A DNA stretch of 64,000 nucleotides from Pseudomonas aeruginosa PAO1 (GTDB lineage: Bacteria; Pseudomonadota; Gammaproteobacteria; Pseudomonadales; Pseudomonadaceae). The translations under genes and the position numbers were made by a program. Position 1 is the first letter of the stretch. Each line of letters starts with the position of its first letter. This document shows, in pieces, positions 10,505 through 19,216 of this stretch. The notes under the pieces are model-generated. The model was given only the letters and a program-made list of their open reading frames with translations, did not search any database and was not told the origin of the DNA. Where the stretch lies: NCBI RefSeq assembly GCF_000006765.1, contig NC_002516.2; one strand, given 5' to 3'.

Positions 10505-12067
10505 GTGAGCCAGACCCTGATCGCCGCCCTGCAGAACCCGGCCCTCTACCCCCACCCGGTGGAGCGCTTCGAGGTCATCGAGACGCACATCTCCTGGGTC
10601 CTGTTGACCGGTCCCTACGCCTACAAGATCAAGAAGCCGATGGATTTCGGCTTTCTCGATTTCACCAGCCTGGACAAGCGCCGCTTCTATTGCAACGAAG
10701 AGCTGCGCCTGAATCAGCGCCTCACCGACGATCTCTACCTGGAGGTCCTGCCGATCACCGGCAGCGAAGAGGCGCCGCGGATCGGCGGCGACGGCGAGGC
10801 AATCGAATACCTGCTGAAGATGCGCCAGTTCCCGCAGGACAACCTGCTGGCGGCAATCCAGGGCCGCGGCGAACTGTCCAACCAGCATATTGACGAACTG
10901 GCCGAGCAGATCGCGCACTTCCACCAGAACACTCCGAAGGTGCCGCTGGAGCACCCGCTGGGCACCGCCGAGTCCTGCATGGCGCCGGTGCGGCAGAATT
11001 TCGAGCAGGTTCGCCCGCTGCTCAAGGACAAGGCCGACCTGCAACAGCTGGATGCCCTCGAAGCCTGGGCGGAAAGCAGCTTCGAACGCCTGCTGCCGGT
11101 GCTCCAGGAGCGCAAGGCGAAGGGCTTCATCCGCGAATGCCACGGCGACATCCACCTGGGCAACGCCGCGCTGATCGACGGCAGGGTAGTGCTGTTCGAC
11201 TGCATCGAATTCAACGAACCGTTCCGCTTCACCGATGTCTGCGCCGACTTCGCCTTCCTCGCGATGGACCTGGAAGATCGCGGCCTGAAGTGCCACGCTC
11301 GACGCTTCGTCAGCCTCTATCTGGAACACACCGGCGACTACCAGGCCCTGGAACTGCTGAACTTCTACAAGGCCTACCGCGCCATGGTCCGCGCCAAGGT
11401 CGCGCTGTTCAGCCTCGGCTACCAGACCGATGCCGTGCAGCGCGCCGCGACCCTGCGCCAGTACCGCAACTACGCCAACCTGGCGGAAAGCTACAGCGCC
11501 ATTCCCTCGCGCTTCCTGGCGGTCACCCATGGTGTCTCCGCGGTCGGCAAGAGCCAGGTGGCCATGCGTCTGGTGGAGGCTCTGGGCGCCGTGCGCCTGC
11601 GCTCGGATATCGAACGCAAGCGTCTGTTCGGCGAGCAGCCGGAACACGACAGGGGCCAGTTCGCCGCCGGCATCTATAGCAGCCAGGCCAGCGAAGCGAC
11701 CTATGCGCACCTTCACCAGTTGGCCGCGAAGATCCTCCAGGCCGGCTATCCGGTGGTGATCGATGCCGCCTACCTGAAGCAGAATCAGCGCCAGGCCGCT
11801 TGCCACATCGCGGAAGAAACCGGCGTGCCGTTCCTGATCCTCGACTGCCAGGCGCCCGAAGCGGTGATCGCCGGCTGGCTTGCGCAACGCCAGGCGGAAG
11901 GCAAGGATCCGTCCGACGCGACTCTCGACGTGATCCGCACCCAGCAGGCTACCCGCGAGCCGCTGACAGCGGCGGAGACGGTCCAGAGCAAGCGCGTAGA
12001 CACCCACGACGCGGCCAGCCTCGACGGGCTGGTCGACGGCATTCGCCAGCGCCTGCCCGGTCTCTGA
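10505..12067 (+). CDS. Bifunctional aminoglycoside-phosphotransferase-like kinase / P-loop (AAA_33-like) protein
   Basis: ETHISWV, AYKIKKP, CHGDIHLGN and FDCIEF kinase motifs, plus Walker A GVSAVGKS (11531-11554) and VVIDA. GTG start at 10505 follows AAGGA. Confidence 0.85.
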   Translation: MSQTLIAALQNPALYPHPVERFEVIETHISWVLLTGPYAYKIKKPMDFGFLDFTSLDKRRFYCNEELRLNQRLTDDLYLEVLPITGSEEAPRIGGDGEAIEYLLKMRQFPQDNLLAAIQGRGELSNQHIDELAEQIAHFHQNTPKVPLEHPLGTAESCMAPVRQNFEQVRPLLKDKADLQQLDALEAWAESSFERLLPVLQERKAKGFIRECHGDIHLGNAALIDGRVVLFDCIEFNEPFRFTDVCADFAFLAMDLEDRGLKCHARRFVSLYLEHTGDYQALELLNFYKAYRAMVRAKVALFSLGYQTDAVQRAATLRQYRNYANLAESYSAIPSRFLAVTHGVSAVGKSQVAMRLVEALGAVRLRSDIERKRLFGEQPEHDRGQFAAGIYSSQASEATYAHLHQLAAKILQAGYPVVIDAAYLKQNQRQAACHIAEETGVPFLILDCQAPEAVIAGWLAQRQAEGKDPSDATLDVIRTQQATREPLTAAETVQSKRVDTHDAASLDGLVDGIRQRLPGL

Positions 12068-12158
12068 ACGAACTGCCATGGCGCCCGCCCCTCCAGGGCG
12101 GGCGCCGTGCCGCTGCTCTTCTATACTCACGGCGAGCCTTCTGCACAGGACGCCGCCC

Positions 12159-12506
12159 ATGAACTCGCCCCGTCAGCTCGACTCGCCGCTCTACCAACTG
12201 CTCCACGCCGAAGACATCGAAGGCTTCAACCGACAGAAGCCGGCCGACGGCTGGATCGACCTGGCCGGCGGCGACTTCCGCGGCCTCGACCTGCGTCTGT
12301 TGGATGCCGCCCGCGTCGACTTCAGCGATGCCTATTTCCGCGGCGCCGACCTGCGCGGCGTGGATCTGCGCGAGGCGCGCCTGGAGGGCGCCAGCCTGGC
12401 CCATGCGCAGATATCCGGTACGTATTTCCCGTTGCGCCTGGCGCCGGACGAGATCCGCATGTCGGTGAACTTCGGCACCCGCCTGCGCTACCTGCCGGAG
12501 CCCTGA
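12159..12506 (+). CDS. Pentapeptide-repeat protein
   Basis: Repeats such as GDFRG LDLRL, AYFRG ADLRG VDLRE ARLEG ASLAH AQISG. Confidence 0.88.
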   Translation: MNSPRQLDSPLYQLLHAEDIEGFNRQKPADGWIDLAGGDFRGLDLRLLDAARVDFSDAYFRGADLRGVDLREARLEGASLAHAQISGTYFPLRLAPDEIRMSVNFGTRLRYLPEP

Positions 12507-12731
12507 GAAGCGGAAGGACCACGCCAGGCCACGTTTTGCCGGGAGGCCGCTACACTTCTGGCAGGTACCCGGCCGGCTGAGGATCGGTCCCGGACCGCCT
12601 ACGCCGGATCGTAAGGGCGAAGGCCGCTCGCGTCGGCCATCTCGCTCCATCGCGCCGGCCCTGTCGGCTCCGGACCGGTTCCAGGCAGTTCCGCGCCATC
12701 ACGCTTCTGAGCGGCATCGCAAGGACCGACG

Positions 12732-13004
12732 ATGAACGACGAACTGCTGAACCTGAAAAACCTCGGGAAAACCTCGACCCAATGGTTGCATGCCGTGGGT
12801 ATCCACAGCGCCACCGATCTGCGTCGGCTCGGCTCGGTGGGAGCCTATCGCGCGGTCCGCGCGCGCGGCTTCCGAGCCTCGAAAGTCTTGCTCTATGCCA
12901 TCGAAGGCGCACTCCTCGACGTTCACTGGAACGAGCTGTCCCCAGACCACAAGGCCGCACTGCTCGGCGAGCTGGAGACTTTCCCCGTGCGAAACAAGAG
13001 CTAG
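12732..13004 (+). CDS. TfoX/Sxy C-terminal domain protein
   Basis: LLNLKNLGKTSTQWLHAVGIHSATDLRRLGSVGAY...LLYAIEGALLDVHW. SD AAGGA. Confidence 0.88.
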   Translation: MNDELLNLKNLGKTSTQWLHAVGIHSATDLRRLGSVGAYRAVRARGFRASKVLLYAIEGALLDVHWNELSPDHKAALLGELETFPVRNKS

Positions 13005-13010
13005 CTCACA
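12995..13010 (+). promoter_or_regulatory. Possible Vfr/CRP-type site upstream of cbpA
   Basis: CAAGA-GCTAGC-TCACA: a perfect TCACA half-site with a poor left half. Confidence 0.35.
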
Positions 13011-13108
13011 CCTGCCACGGGAAGATATTTACTCCCCCCGGGCGCCCACCTATCGTCTCGTGGACGTTCGTACCTCCTCTCCCGACCAGGCAGCTCAAGG
13101 AAATGGCC

Positions 13109-13906
13109 ATGTATCTACTCGGCGAGCAACCGGCTTATGCCGACCAATTGATCAATCGCCTGCAGGGAATCCCTCACCGCTTGCTCGAAGGCCTGGCACC
13201 CAGCGGCCCCGCCCTGGAACTGGAACGTAGCGACGACCTGGAACGCGAGCTGCCCGCCGACCAGGTATTCCTGGTGGAAAGCGGCCTGCTGCATGCGCTG
13301 GTCGACGAACGCCCGCTGTTCTACCTGCAGGAAGGCGACCTCCTCGGCCTTCGACGCGGACTCGAGCTCCCCGCCTGCCGGCATGCCAACGAAGAACCGA
13401 TCCGCCTGCTGCCCTATTCGCGCGATGCGCTGCTCCAGCACATCCATGCTGACCAGGAACGTCAGGAACTGCTATTGCAGTACCTGATCGGACAGACTGC
13501 CCTGCTCGGCGATGCGCTGGCGCACCTGAAGCAGCCGGAAGTCCGCCCGGCCACCGGCTTCCGCCACTTTGCCGCGGGCGAGGCGCTGATCCGCCAGGGC
13601 GACGATGCGGATCATGTGTTCATCATCATCGAGGGGCATGCCGAAGCGCTGGTGGACGGCCAGAAAGTCGGCGATGTGCAGAAGGACGAGATCTTCGGCG
13701 CCATGGCCGTGTTCACTCGCGAGAAACGCAGCGCCACGGTGGTCGCCAGCGAACCCTGCACGGTGATGGTGATTCCCAAGGAGCAGTTCCTCGGCCTTAT
13801 GCAGAACAACCCGCGAATCGCCCATAGCCTGATCGAAGGCATGGCCCGGCGGATAGACCTGCTTAACCGGGAAGTGACCCAGCTGCGCCTGCGCCGCAGC
13901 GCCTGA
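13109..13906 (+). CDS. cbpA: cAMP-binding protein A (tandem cNMP-binding domains, no HTH)
   Basis: C-terminal cNMP domain LIRQGDDADHVFIIIEG...EIFGAMA...KRSATV and a degenerate N-terminal cNMP domain. 265 aa from ATG 13109. Confidence 0.85.
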   Translation: MYLLGEQPAYADQLINRLQGIPHRLLEGLAPSGPALELERSDDLERELPADQVFLVESGLLHALVDERPLFYLQEGDLLGLRRGLELPACRHANEEPIRLLPYSRDALLQHIHADQERQELLLQYLIGQTALLGDALAHLKQPEVRPATGFRHFAAGEALIRQGDDADHVFIIIEGHAEALVDGQKVGDVQKDEIFGAMAVFTREKRSATVVASEPCTVMVIPKEQFLGLMQNNPRIAHSLIEGMARRIDLLNREVTQLRLRRSA

Positions 13907-13959
13907 GGCCCATTCCAGAGGGCTCGCGACTAGCTAGCAGAAAAGTTTGGCGAAAGCGT

Positions 13960-13987
13960 TTGACATGGAAATGAGAATCATTATTAT
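13960..13987 (+). promoter_or_regulatory. prrF1 promoter with overlapping Fur box
   Basis: TTGACA 13960-13965 and TATTAT 13982-13987. GGAAATGAGAATCATTATT (13967-13985) matches 15/19 of GATAATGATAATCATTATC. Confidence 0.9.
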
Positions 13988-13994
13988 GTCACTC

Positions 13995-14110
13995 AACTGG
14001 TCGCGAGATCAGCCGGTAAGCTGAGAGACCCACGCAGTCGGACTCTTCAGATTATCTCCTCATCAGGCTAATCACGGTTTTTGACCCGGCACTTTGCCGG
14101 GTCTTTTTTT
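13995..14110 (+). ncRNA. prrF1: PrrF1 iron-regulated sRNA (RyhB analogue)
   Basis: AACTGGTCGCGAG...GATTATCTCCTCATCAGGCTAATCACGG...GACCCGGCACTTTGCCGGGTC-T7 terminator. Fur-boxed promoter, 116 nt. Confidence 0.95.
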
Positions 14111-14171
14111 GCCTGCGATTCGGCCGGAGACGACCGTTCATCGGCTGGCGATGGAATGAATGAGAACCGGC

Positions 14172-14199
14172 TTGACCTGATAATGAGAATAGTTATTAT
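14172..14199 (+). promoter_or_regulatory. prrF2 promoter with overlapping Fur box
   Basis: TTGACC 14172-14177 and TATTAT 14194-14199. GATAATGAGAATAGTTATT (14179-14197) matches the Fur consensus at 15/19. Confidence 0.9.
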
Positions 14200-14205
14200 T
14201 ACACC

Positions 14206-14319
14206 AACTGGTCGCGAGGCCAGCAGGTAAGCTGAGAGACCAAGCAGTCGGACTCTTCAGATTATCTCCTCATCAGGCTAATCACGGTTTCGACCCGGCA
14301 CTTTGCCGGGTCTTTTTTT
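14206..14319 (+). ncRNA. prrF2: PrrF2 iron-regulated sRNA
   Basis: Near-identical to PrrF1 with the same seed and terminator, 114 nt. Confidence 0.95.
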
Positions 14320-14369
14320 GCCCGCGAAAACGTAGCGCGATACGCGGCTCCAGGCCTCGCGCCCTTCCT

Positions 14370-15257
14370 TCAACGTGCCTTCTTCATCTCCGCGCAATAG
14401 TCCTTGTCCGGCTGTGCCGGCGTGTACCAGGCGTAGTCGGCCTCACGCGTCGTTACCGCCTGCCCGGCCTCGACCAGCATCAGTACCTGCGTGCCCTTCT
14501 CCGCACCAAGGTCGCGCAGGTGGACCGGTACGCCGAGGTCGCGCCGGGCGTGGAAGCTGCCGGCGACGAGCATCGCCGGCCGCGGCGCATCGCGAAGACG
14601 CTCGGCCATGCGGCGGTCGCGTTGCTGCTGGACGGCGAGCATCGCCGGCAATTGATCGTCGGGAAGCATGCCGCAGTGGGATTCGCGAATCTGCGCAAGC
14701 AGCGGCAGGCGCACGCTGTCACGCCTGGAGGCCGTTCCGGGAAGCGGCGGTCGCTCCCTGTAGATGCGCATGATCTCGCTCCGCTGGAGGTTCGCCGCCA
14801 GCAACGGCGCGGGTTGCGCAACCGCCCAGGACACCAGGGGTCCGTACTGCGTCCAGTCCCAACCTTTCTGCCAGTCCAGGGCCTCCTCCAGGTTCGCCAC
14901 CGGCTTGCCGTTCCCGAGTTGTGCGCGGACCGCATCCACCCGTGGTTGCTGGCCGGGATCGAGCATTTCCAGCAGCAGGCTGCCCTGCGCCCGGTATTCG
15001 CCCAGGGCCTGCGCCAGCCACAGCTCCACGGCATGATGATCGGGATTGTCGTGCTTCTCGCCGACGATCACTCGCGGCGCGGCCGCCAGGCGTGCGACCA
15101 GTTGCTGCGGGCTCAGCGTCACGCCGCTGCGCAATTCGACGATTCGTCCCGTCTGCGGATCGTCGCGCCCTTCCGGGCTCTGCCAATCAGGCAGCGGCGG
15201 CAGTTGGGACTGGCAGCCGCCCAGCAGCAGACAGAAAGCGAACAGGCGAATGCGCAT
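14370..15257 (-). CDS. phuW: PhuW, ChaN-family heme-associated lipoprotein
   Basis: Lipobox LLGGC, VIVGEKHDNPDHH, LLLEML, LVAGSFHAR. Last gene of the phu operon. Confidence 0.88.
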   Translation of the reverse strand: MRIRLFAFCLLLGGCQSQLPPLPDWQSPEGRDDPQTGRIVELRSGVTLSPQQLVARLAAAPRVIVGEKHDNPDHHAVELWLAQALGEYRAQGSLLLEMLDPGQQPRVDAVRAQLGNGKPVANLEEALDWQKGWDWTQYGPLVSWAVAQPAPLLAANLQRSEIMRIYRERPPLPGTASRRDSVRLPLLAQIRESHCGMLPDDQLPAMLAVQQQRDRRMAERLRDAPRPAMLVAGSFHARRDLGVPVHLRDLGAEKGTQVLMLVEAGQAVTTREADYAWYTPAQPDKDYCAEMKKAR

Positions 15258-15267
15258 GGCGACTCCT

Positions 15268-16035
15268 TCAACGGGCGACGATCAGCGGATGACCTCGCTC
15301 GGGATGACGCTGGACCAGGACCTCGAGGCCGAACACCGCGCGCAACGGCTCGGGGCGCAGGACTTCCTCGGGCGTACCGAGCAGGTGCGGGCGACCATTC
15401 TGCAACAGCAGCAGGCGGTCGCAATAGCGCGCGGCCAGGTTGAGATCGTGGAGGATCACCAGCACCGAGGCACCGCGGCGGGCGAAATCATGCACCGCCT
15501 GCAGGGTGGTGTGCTGGTGCAGCGGGTCGAGCGCCGAGGTCGGTTCGTCGAGCAGCAGCACCTGCCCCGGCTCGCCCGGCCACAGCTGCGCCAGCACCCG
15601 CGCCAGGTGCACGCGCTGGCGTTCGCCGCCGGACAGCGCCAGGTAGCTGCGCCCGGCCAGATGGCTGGCGTCGGCCGCCGCCAAGGCCTCGGCGACGATC
15701 TGCACATCGCGCTCGCGGCCGCTGGAATGGGGCAGCCGACCGAAGCCGACCACCGCCTCCACCGGAAAGGCGAAGCCCAGCGACGAACTCTGCGGCAGCA
15801 CCGCCAGGCGCTGCGCGCGAGCGACGCCCGGCCAGTCGTCGAGGCCGCGCTCGTCGAGCAGCACCAGCCCTTCGGCCGGCTCCAGTTCGCCACAGAGAGC
15901 GCCAAGCAAGGTGCTCTTGCCAGCGCCGTTGGGGCCGAGTACGCCGAGCATCTCGCCAGGCCGCAGCTCCAGTTCGAGGCCTTCCAGTACAGTCTTTCCG
16001 CCACGGCGGATGGACAGGTTCTCCACGCGCAGCAT
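15268..16035 (-). CDS. phuV: Heme ABC transporter ATP-binding subunit
   Basis: [25 protein letters not shown]. Start MLRVENL at 16035 overlaps the phuU stop. Confidence 0.95.
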
Positions 16036-17072
16036 CAGGCCCGCCCCCGCAATAGCAGATAAAGGAAGAACGGCGCGCCGATCAGTGCCGTGACGATGCC
16101 GATCGGCAACTCCGCCGGAGCCAGCGCCAGGCGCGCCAGCAGGTCGGCAAGCAGCAGGAGAATGGCGCCGGCCATCATCGAGGCCGGCAGCAACGTCCGA
16201 TGATCCGGACCGGCAACCAGACGGATCAGGTGCGGCACCACCAGGCCGATGAAGCCGATCATCCCCGCCGCCGCCACTGCGGCGCCGACGCCGAGGGCAG
16301 TGCAAAGCACCAGTTCGGCCTTCAATCGCTCGACGTCGAAGCCCAGGTGACGGGCCTCGGACTCGCCGAGCAGCAGTGCGTTCAGCGCATCTGCCCGGCG
16401 CGGTAGCCAGCAGGCCACCAGCAGCGCCACCAGCAGCAGCGGCCAGAGTCGTGGGTAGCTGGCGCCGTTCAGGCTGCCCAGGTTCCAGAAGGTCAGGGTA
16501 CGCAAGGTGGCGTCATCGGCGAGATAGGTAAACAGTCCGATCACCGCGCCGGACAGCGCGGTCAAGGCGATCCCTGCCAGCAACATGGTGGCCACGCTGG
16601 TCTGGCCATCGCGGCGGCCAAGTCGATAGACCAGCCAGGTCACCCCCAGGCCGCCGCCGAAGGCGCACAGTGACAGCAGGTAAGGCGCGAGGAACGCCGG
16701 CAAGCCACCCAGCGAGGCGCCGAACACGATGGCCAGCGCCGCGCCGAGGGCCGCGCCGCTGGACACCCCGACCAGCCCTGGATCGGCCAGCGGGTTGCGG
16801 AACAGGCCCTGCATCGCCACCCCGGACAGCGCCAGCACCGCGCCCACGGCCAGGCCGAGCAGGGTCCGCGGCAGGCGGATCTGGCCGAGGATCATTTCCG
16901 CCTGGGCCAGGCCCGTTCCATCGAGCGGCAGCCCGGCCAGGCGCAGCGCGGCGCGCAGGGTATCGCCCAGCGGCAGGCTGACGGGACCGAGGGCGAGGGA
17001 CAACCAGAGGACCAACACGAGCGAAATCCCCAGCGCACCGAACAGTGCGCGGGGGCGAACAACCGATTTCAA
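16035..17072 (-). CDS. phuU: Heme ABC transporter permease (FecCD family)
   Basis: [56 protein letters not shown] start is uncertain. Confidence 0.93.
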
Positions 17073-17962
17073 TGGGCGGCTTCCGTACTCAGCGGTTTCG
17101 CGGAAGGATAAAAGGCTGCGGAGAGAGCCGCCAGGCCATCCGGCAGACGCGGACCGAGGCCGCCCACCAGGAGCGTCGGGTCAAGCACCAGCAGACGTCC
17201 GTCACGCGCCGCGCGGGTCGCGGCGAGGCCGGGGTTCTGCTTGAGCAGCGCGGCACGCGCCGCATCACCTTCGAGGCTGCGGTCGGCGATCACCACCGCG
17301 ACCGGATCGAGCGCTGCCAGGGCTTCCACCGAGATCGGCTTGTAACCCTCATGGGTAGCCAGGTTGCGTGCTCCGGCTCGGTTCAGGACCCAATCGCCGC
17401 CGGTATTGCGCCCGGCTACCAGCAACTGACCGCCGGCGTTGCCGATCACCAGCAGGACGCCCGGGGCCGGCTGACTCTTCTGCGCGGCCGCGATCCAGTC
17501 CGCCTGGCGCCGCAGCCGCTGACGATAGTCAAGTTCGGCGGCCTCGGCGCGCTGGGGCACGCCGAGCCAGTCGCCGAGCTTCTTCAGGTTGCTTTCCAGT
17601 GCCTCCAGATCCGGCTTGGCGGAGAGGGTCTCGACCCGCACGCCGGCGCCTTCGAGCTGCTTGAGTACCGGCGGAGGCCCCATTTCCTCGGTGCCGATGA
17701 GGATATCCGGACGTAACGCCAGCACGCCCTCGGCAGCCAGTTGGCGCTGGTAGCCGACGCTCGGCAACTGTTTCAGCGCCTGCGGATGCTGGCTGGTGGT
17801 GTCCACCCCGACCAGCTTGCTCTCGCCGCCCAGCGCCACCACCCATTCGCTCAGCGAGCCGCCCGCGCTCACCCAGCGTTGCGGCAGCTCGGCGGCCTGG
17901 GCCATGCCGGTGCCGAGCAGGATGCCCAGCGCCAACCCGTTGAATAGTCGATCGATACGCAT
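17069..17962 (-). CDS. phuT: Periplasmic heme-binding protein
   Basis: Signal peptide, VGVDTTSQHP, VGYQRQLAAEGVLALRPD. Confidence 0.95.
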   Translation of the reverse strand: MRIDRLFNGLALGILLGTGMAQAAELPQRWVSAGGSLSEWVVALGGESKLVGVDTTSQHPQALKQLPSVGYQRQLAAEGVLALRPDILIGTEEMGPPPVLKQLEGAGVRVETLSAKPDLEALESNLKKLGDWLGVPQRAEAAELDYRQRLRRQADWIAAAQKSQPAPGVLLVIGNAGGQLLVAGRNTGGDWVLNRAGARNLATHEGYKPISVEALAALDPVAVVIADRSLEGDAARAALLKQNPGLAATRAARDGRLLVLDPTLLVGGLGPRLPDGLAALSAAFYPSAKPLSTEAAH

Positions 17963-17971
17963 GATCTCTCC

Positions 17972-19036
17972 TCAGAGCGCCTTGAAGGATTCGGCCAGTT
18001 CGCGCCAGTCGTCGCGCTCGGGCTCGCCGGGCTTGCGCGCGCCGAACAGTTGCACGATCAGTTCGCCGTCGGCGTCGAAGGCCTCCCAGCTGGTTACGAT
18101 GCCATCGGTGCTCGGCTTGCGCACCCGCCAAAGCTCGGCGATGCCGGTGGTCTTCAGGTGCAGGTTGAATTCCGGATCAAGCACGTTGAACCAGTCGTCC
18201 AGCCACTTCAGGTTGCACACAGGCCCGGTATGGATCTGGATGCAGTGGGCGTTGCCGACGAACACCATGATCGGCAATCCGCTTTCGGCCGCCGCTTCGA
18301 AGAGTTTCGCCAGGTCGCCATTATCCAGGCGCTCGGCCCATTCGCCGCCAGCCAGGCGCAGCGCCTGGGTGCGCTGCGCGCCATGCTTCTTCAGCAGGGC
18401 GTGGAAATGATGGGTGTCCTTCAACGCGGCCCAGCCTTCGCGCAAGGCGGCGGCATCGATCTGCGCATCGACGAGCGCCGCAGCCGGTGCGCGGGGTTCG
18501 TGCAGCGCCAGCACGGCATCCTGCTCGGCAGCCCGCAGGCGCTCGACCAGCGGTTCCCAGGCGCGGACGTCGCTGGCCTCGGCAAGGAACACCTTGTGCA
18601 CCGCCACGCCCTGCTGGTCGAACACCTGGATGCTGCGCTGGGTACCCCGCGCTGTCTCCTCGGCAATGGCGAAGACGGCGTTCCACCCCCCCAGGAACAG
18701 GCGCAGGTCGATATCCGGCGAGACCACCAGGCCCATCTGCCCATTGGCAGAGACCGTCACTTCGCGATACGGCCCCTTGCGTTCGTGGACGCAATGCTCG
18801 TTGCGGGTCAGCGCCATGATCGGCCCCAGTTCGCCGAGCGCCGGCAGCAAGGCGGCCCAGTCCGGCCGCAGGCGCACGGCATCGATGCCGACCCGGCTGG
18901 CGACCAGCTCGCCTTCGCTGACCTGCAACAGCGCGGCGGCGTCGCGCGCGCGTAGCTGCGGTCGCTCGGCGCGCAGGTCCTGCCAGGCGCGGTAAAGCTC
19001 GGCAGGGGAATGGGAAAGGCTGGGAGTGCTGCTCAT
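17972..19036 (-). CDS. phuS: Cytoplasmic heme-binding/trafficking protein (HemS family)
   Basis: RARDAAALLQVSEGELV, TRNEHCVHERKG, MVFVGNAHCIQIHTG, VRKPSTDG. 354 aa from ATG 19036. Confidence 0.95.
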   Translation of the reverse strand: MSSTPSLSHSPAELYRAWQDLRAERPQLRARDAAALLQVSEGELVASRVGIDAVRLRPDWAALLPALGELGPIMALTRNEHCVHERKGPYREVTVSANGQMGLVVSPDIDLRLFLGGWNAVFAIAEETARGTQRSIQVFDQQGVAVHKVFLAEASDVRAWEPLVERLRAAEQDAVLALHEPRAPAAALVDAQIDAAALREGWAALKDTHHFHALLKKHGAQRTQALRLAGGEWAERLDNGDLAKLFEAAAESGLPIMVFVGNAHCIQIHTGPVCNLKWLDDWFNVLDPEFNLHLKTTGIAELWRVRKPSTDGIVTSWEAFDADGELIVQLFGARKPGEPERDDWRELAESFKAL

Positions 19037-19123
19037 CGACGGTTCCTCGGGCATATCCGGTTCGGTCGCGCTACGCGCAAAAACAGGTGAACTTTGCCAC
19101 AAAACGCATATCTGAATCCATTT

Positions 19124-19142
19124 GATAATTATTTGCATTAGC
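19124..19142. promoter_or_regulatory. Fur box in the divergent phuS/phuR intergenic region
   Basis: GATAATTATTTGCATTAGC, 14/19 match to the Fur consensus. Confidence 0.85.
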
Positions 19143-19216
19143 GTTTTTCTGGCAGTACCTTGTGCGCCCGACGTCCCCCTGGCTATTCGCCACCGGCCCG
19201 ACCCAAGGAGTCCCAC

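Larger units (their letters stand above)
13960..14319 (+). repeat. Tandem duplication of promoter plus sRNA (two copies about 211 bp apart)
   Basis: 13960-14110 and 14172-14319 share the -35/Fur/-10 layout and near-identical sRNA bodies. Confidence 0.95.
13995..14319 (+). ncRNA. prrH: PrrH, read-through transcript spanning prrF1, the spacer and prrF2
   Basis: 325 nt from the prrF1 start to the prrF2 terminator. Its existence is established knowledge and is not visible directly in the sequence. Confidence 0.7.

Noticed and set aside
13995-14319. Near-identical repeats considered as a CRISPR array
   Set aside because: There are only two copies of about 115 nt, each with its own promoter and terminator, and no cas genes. 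They are prrF1 and prrF2.
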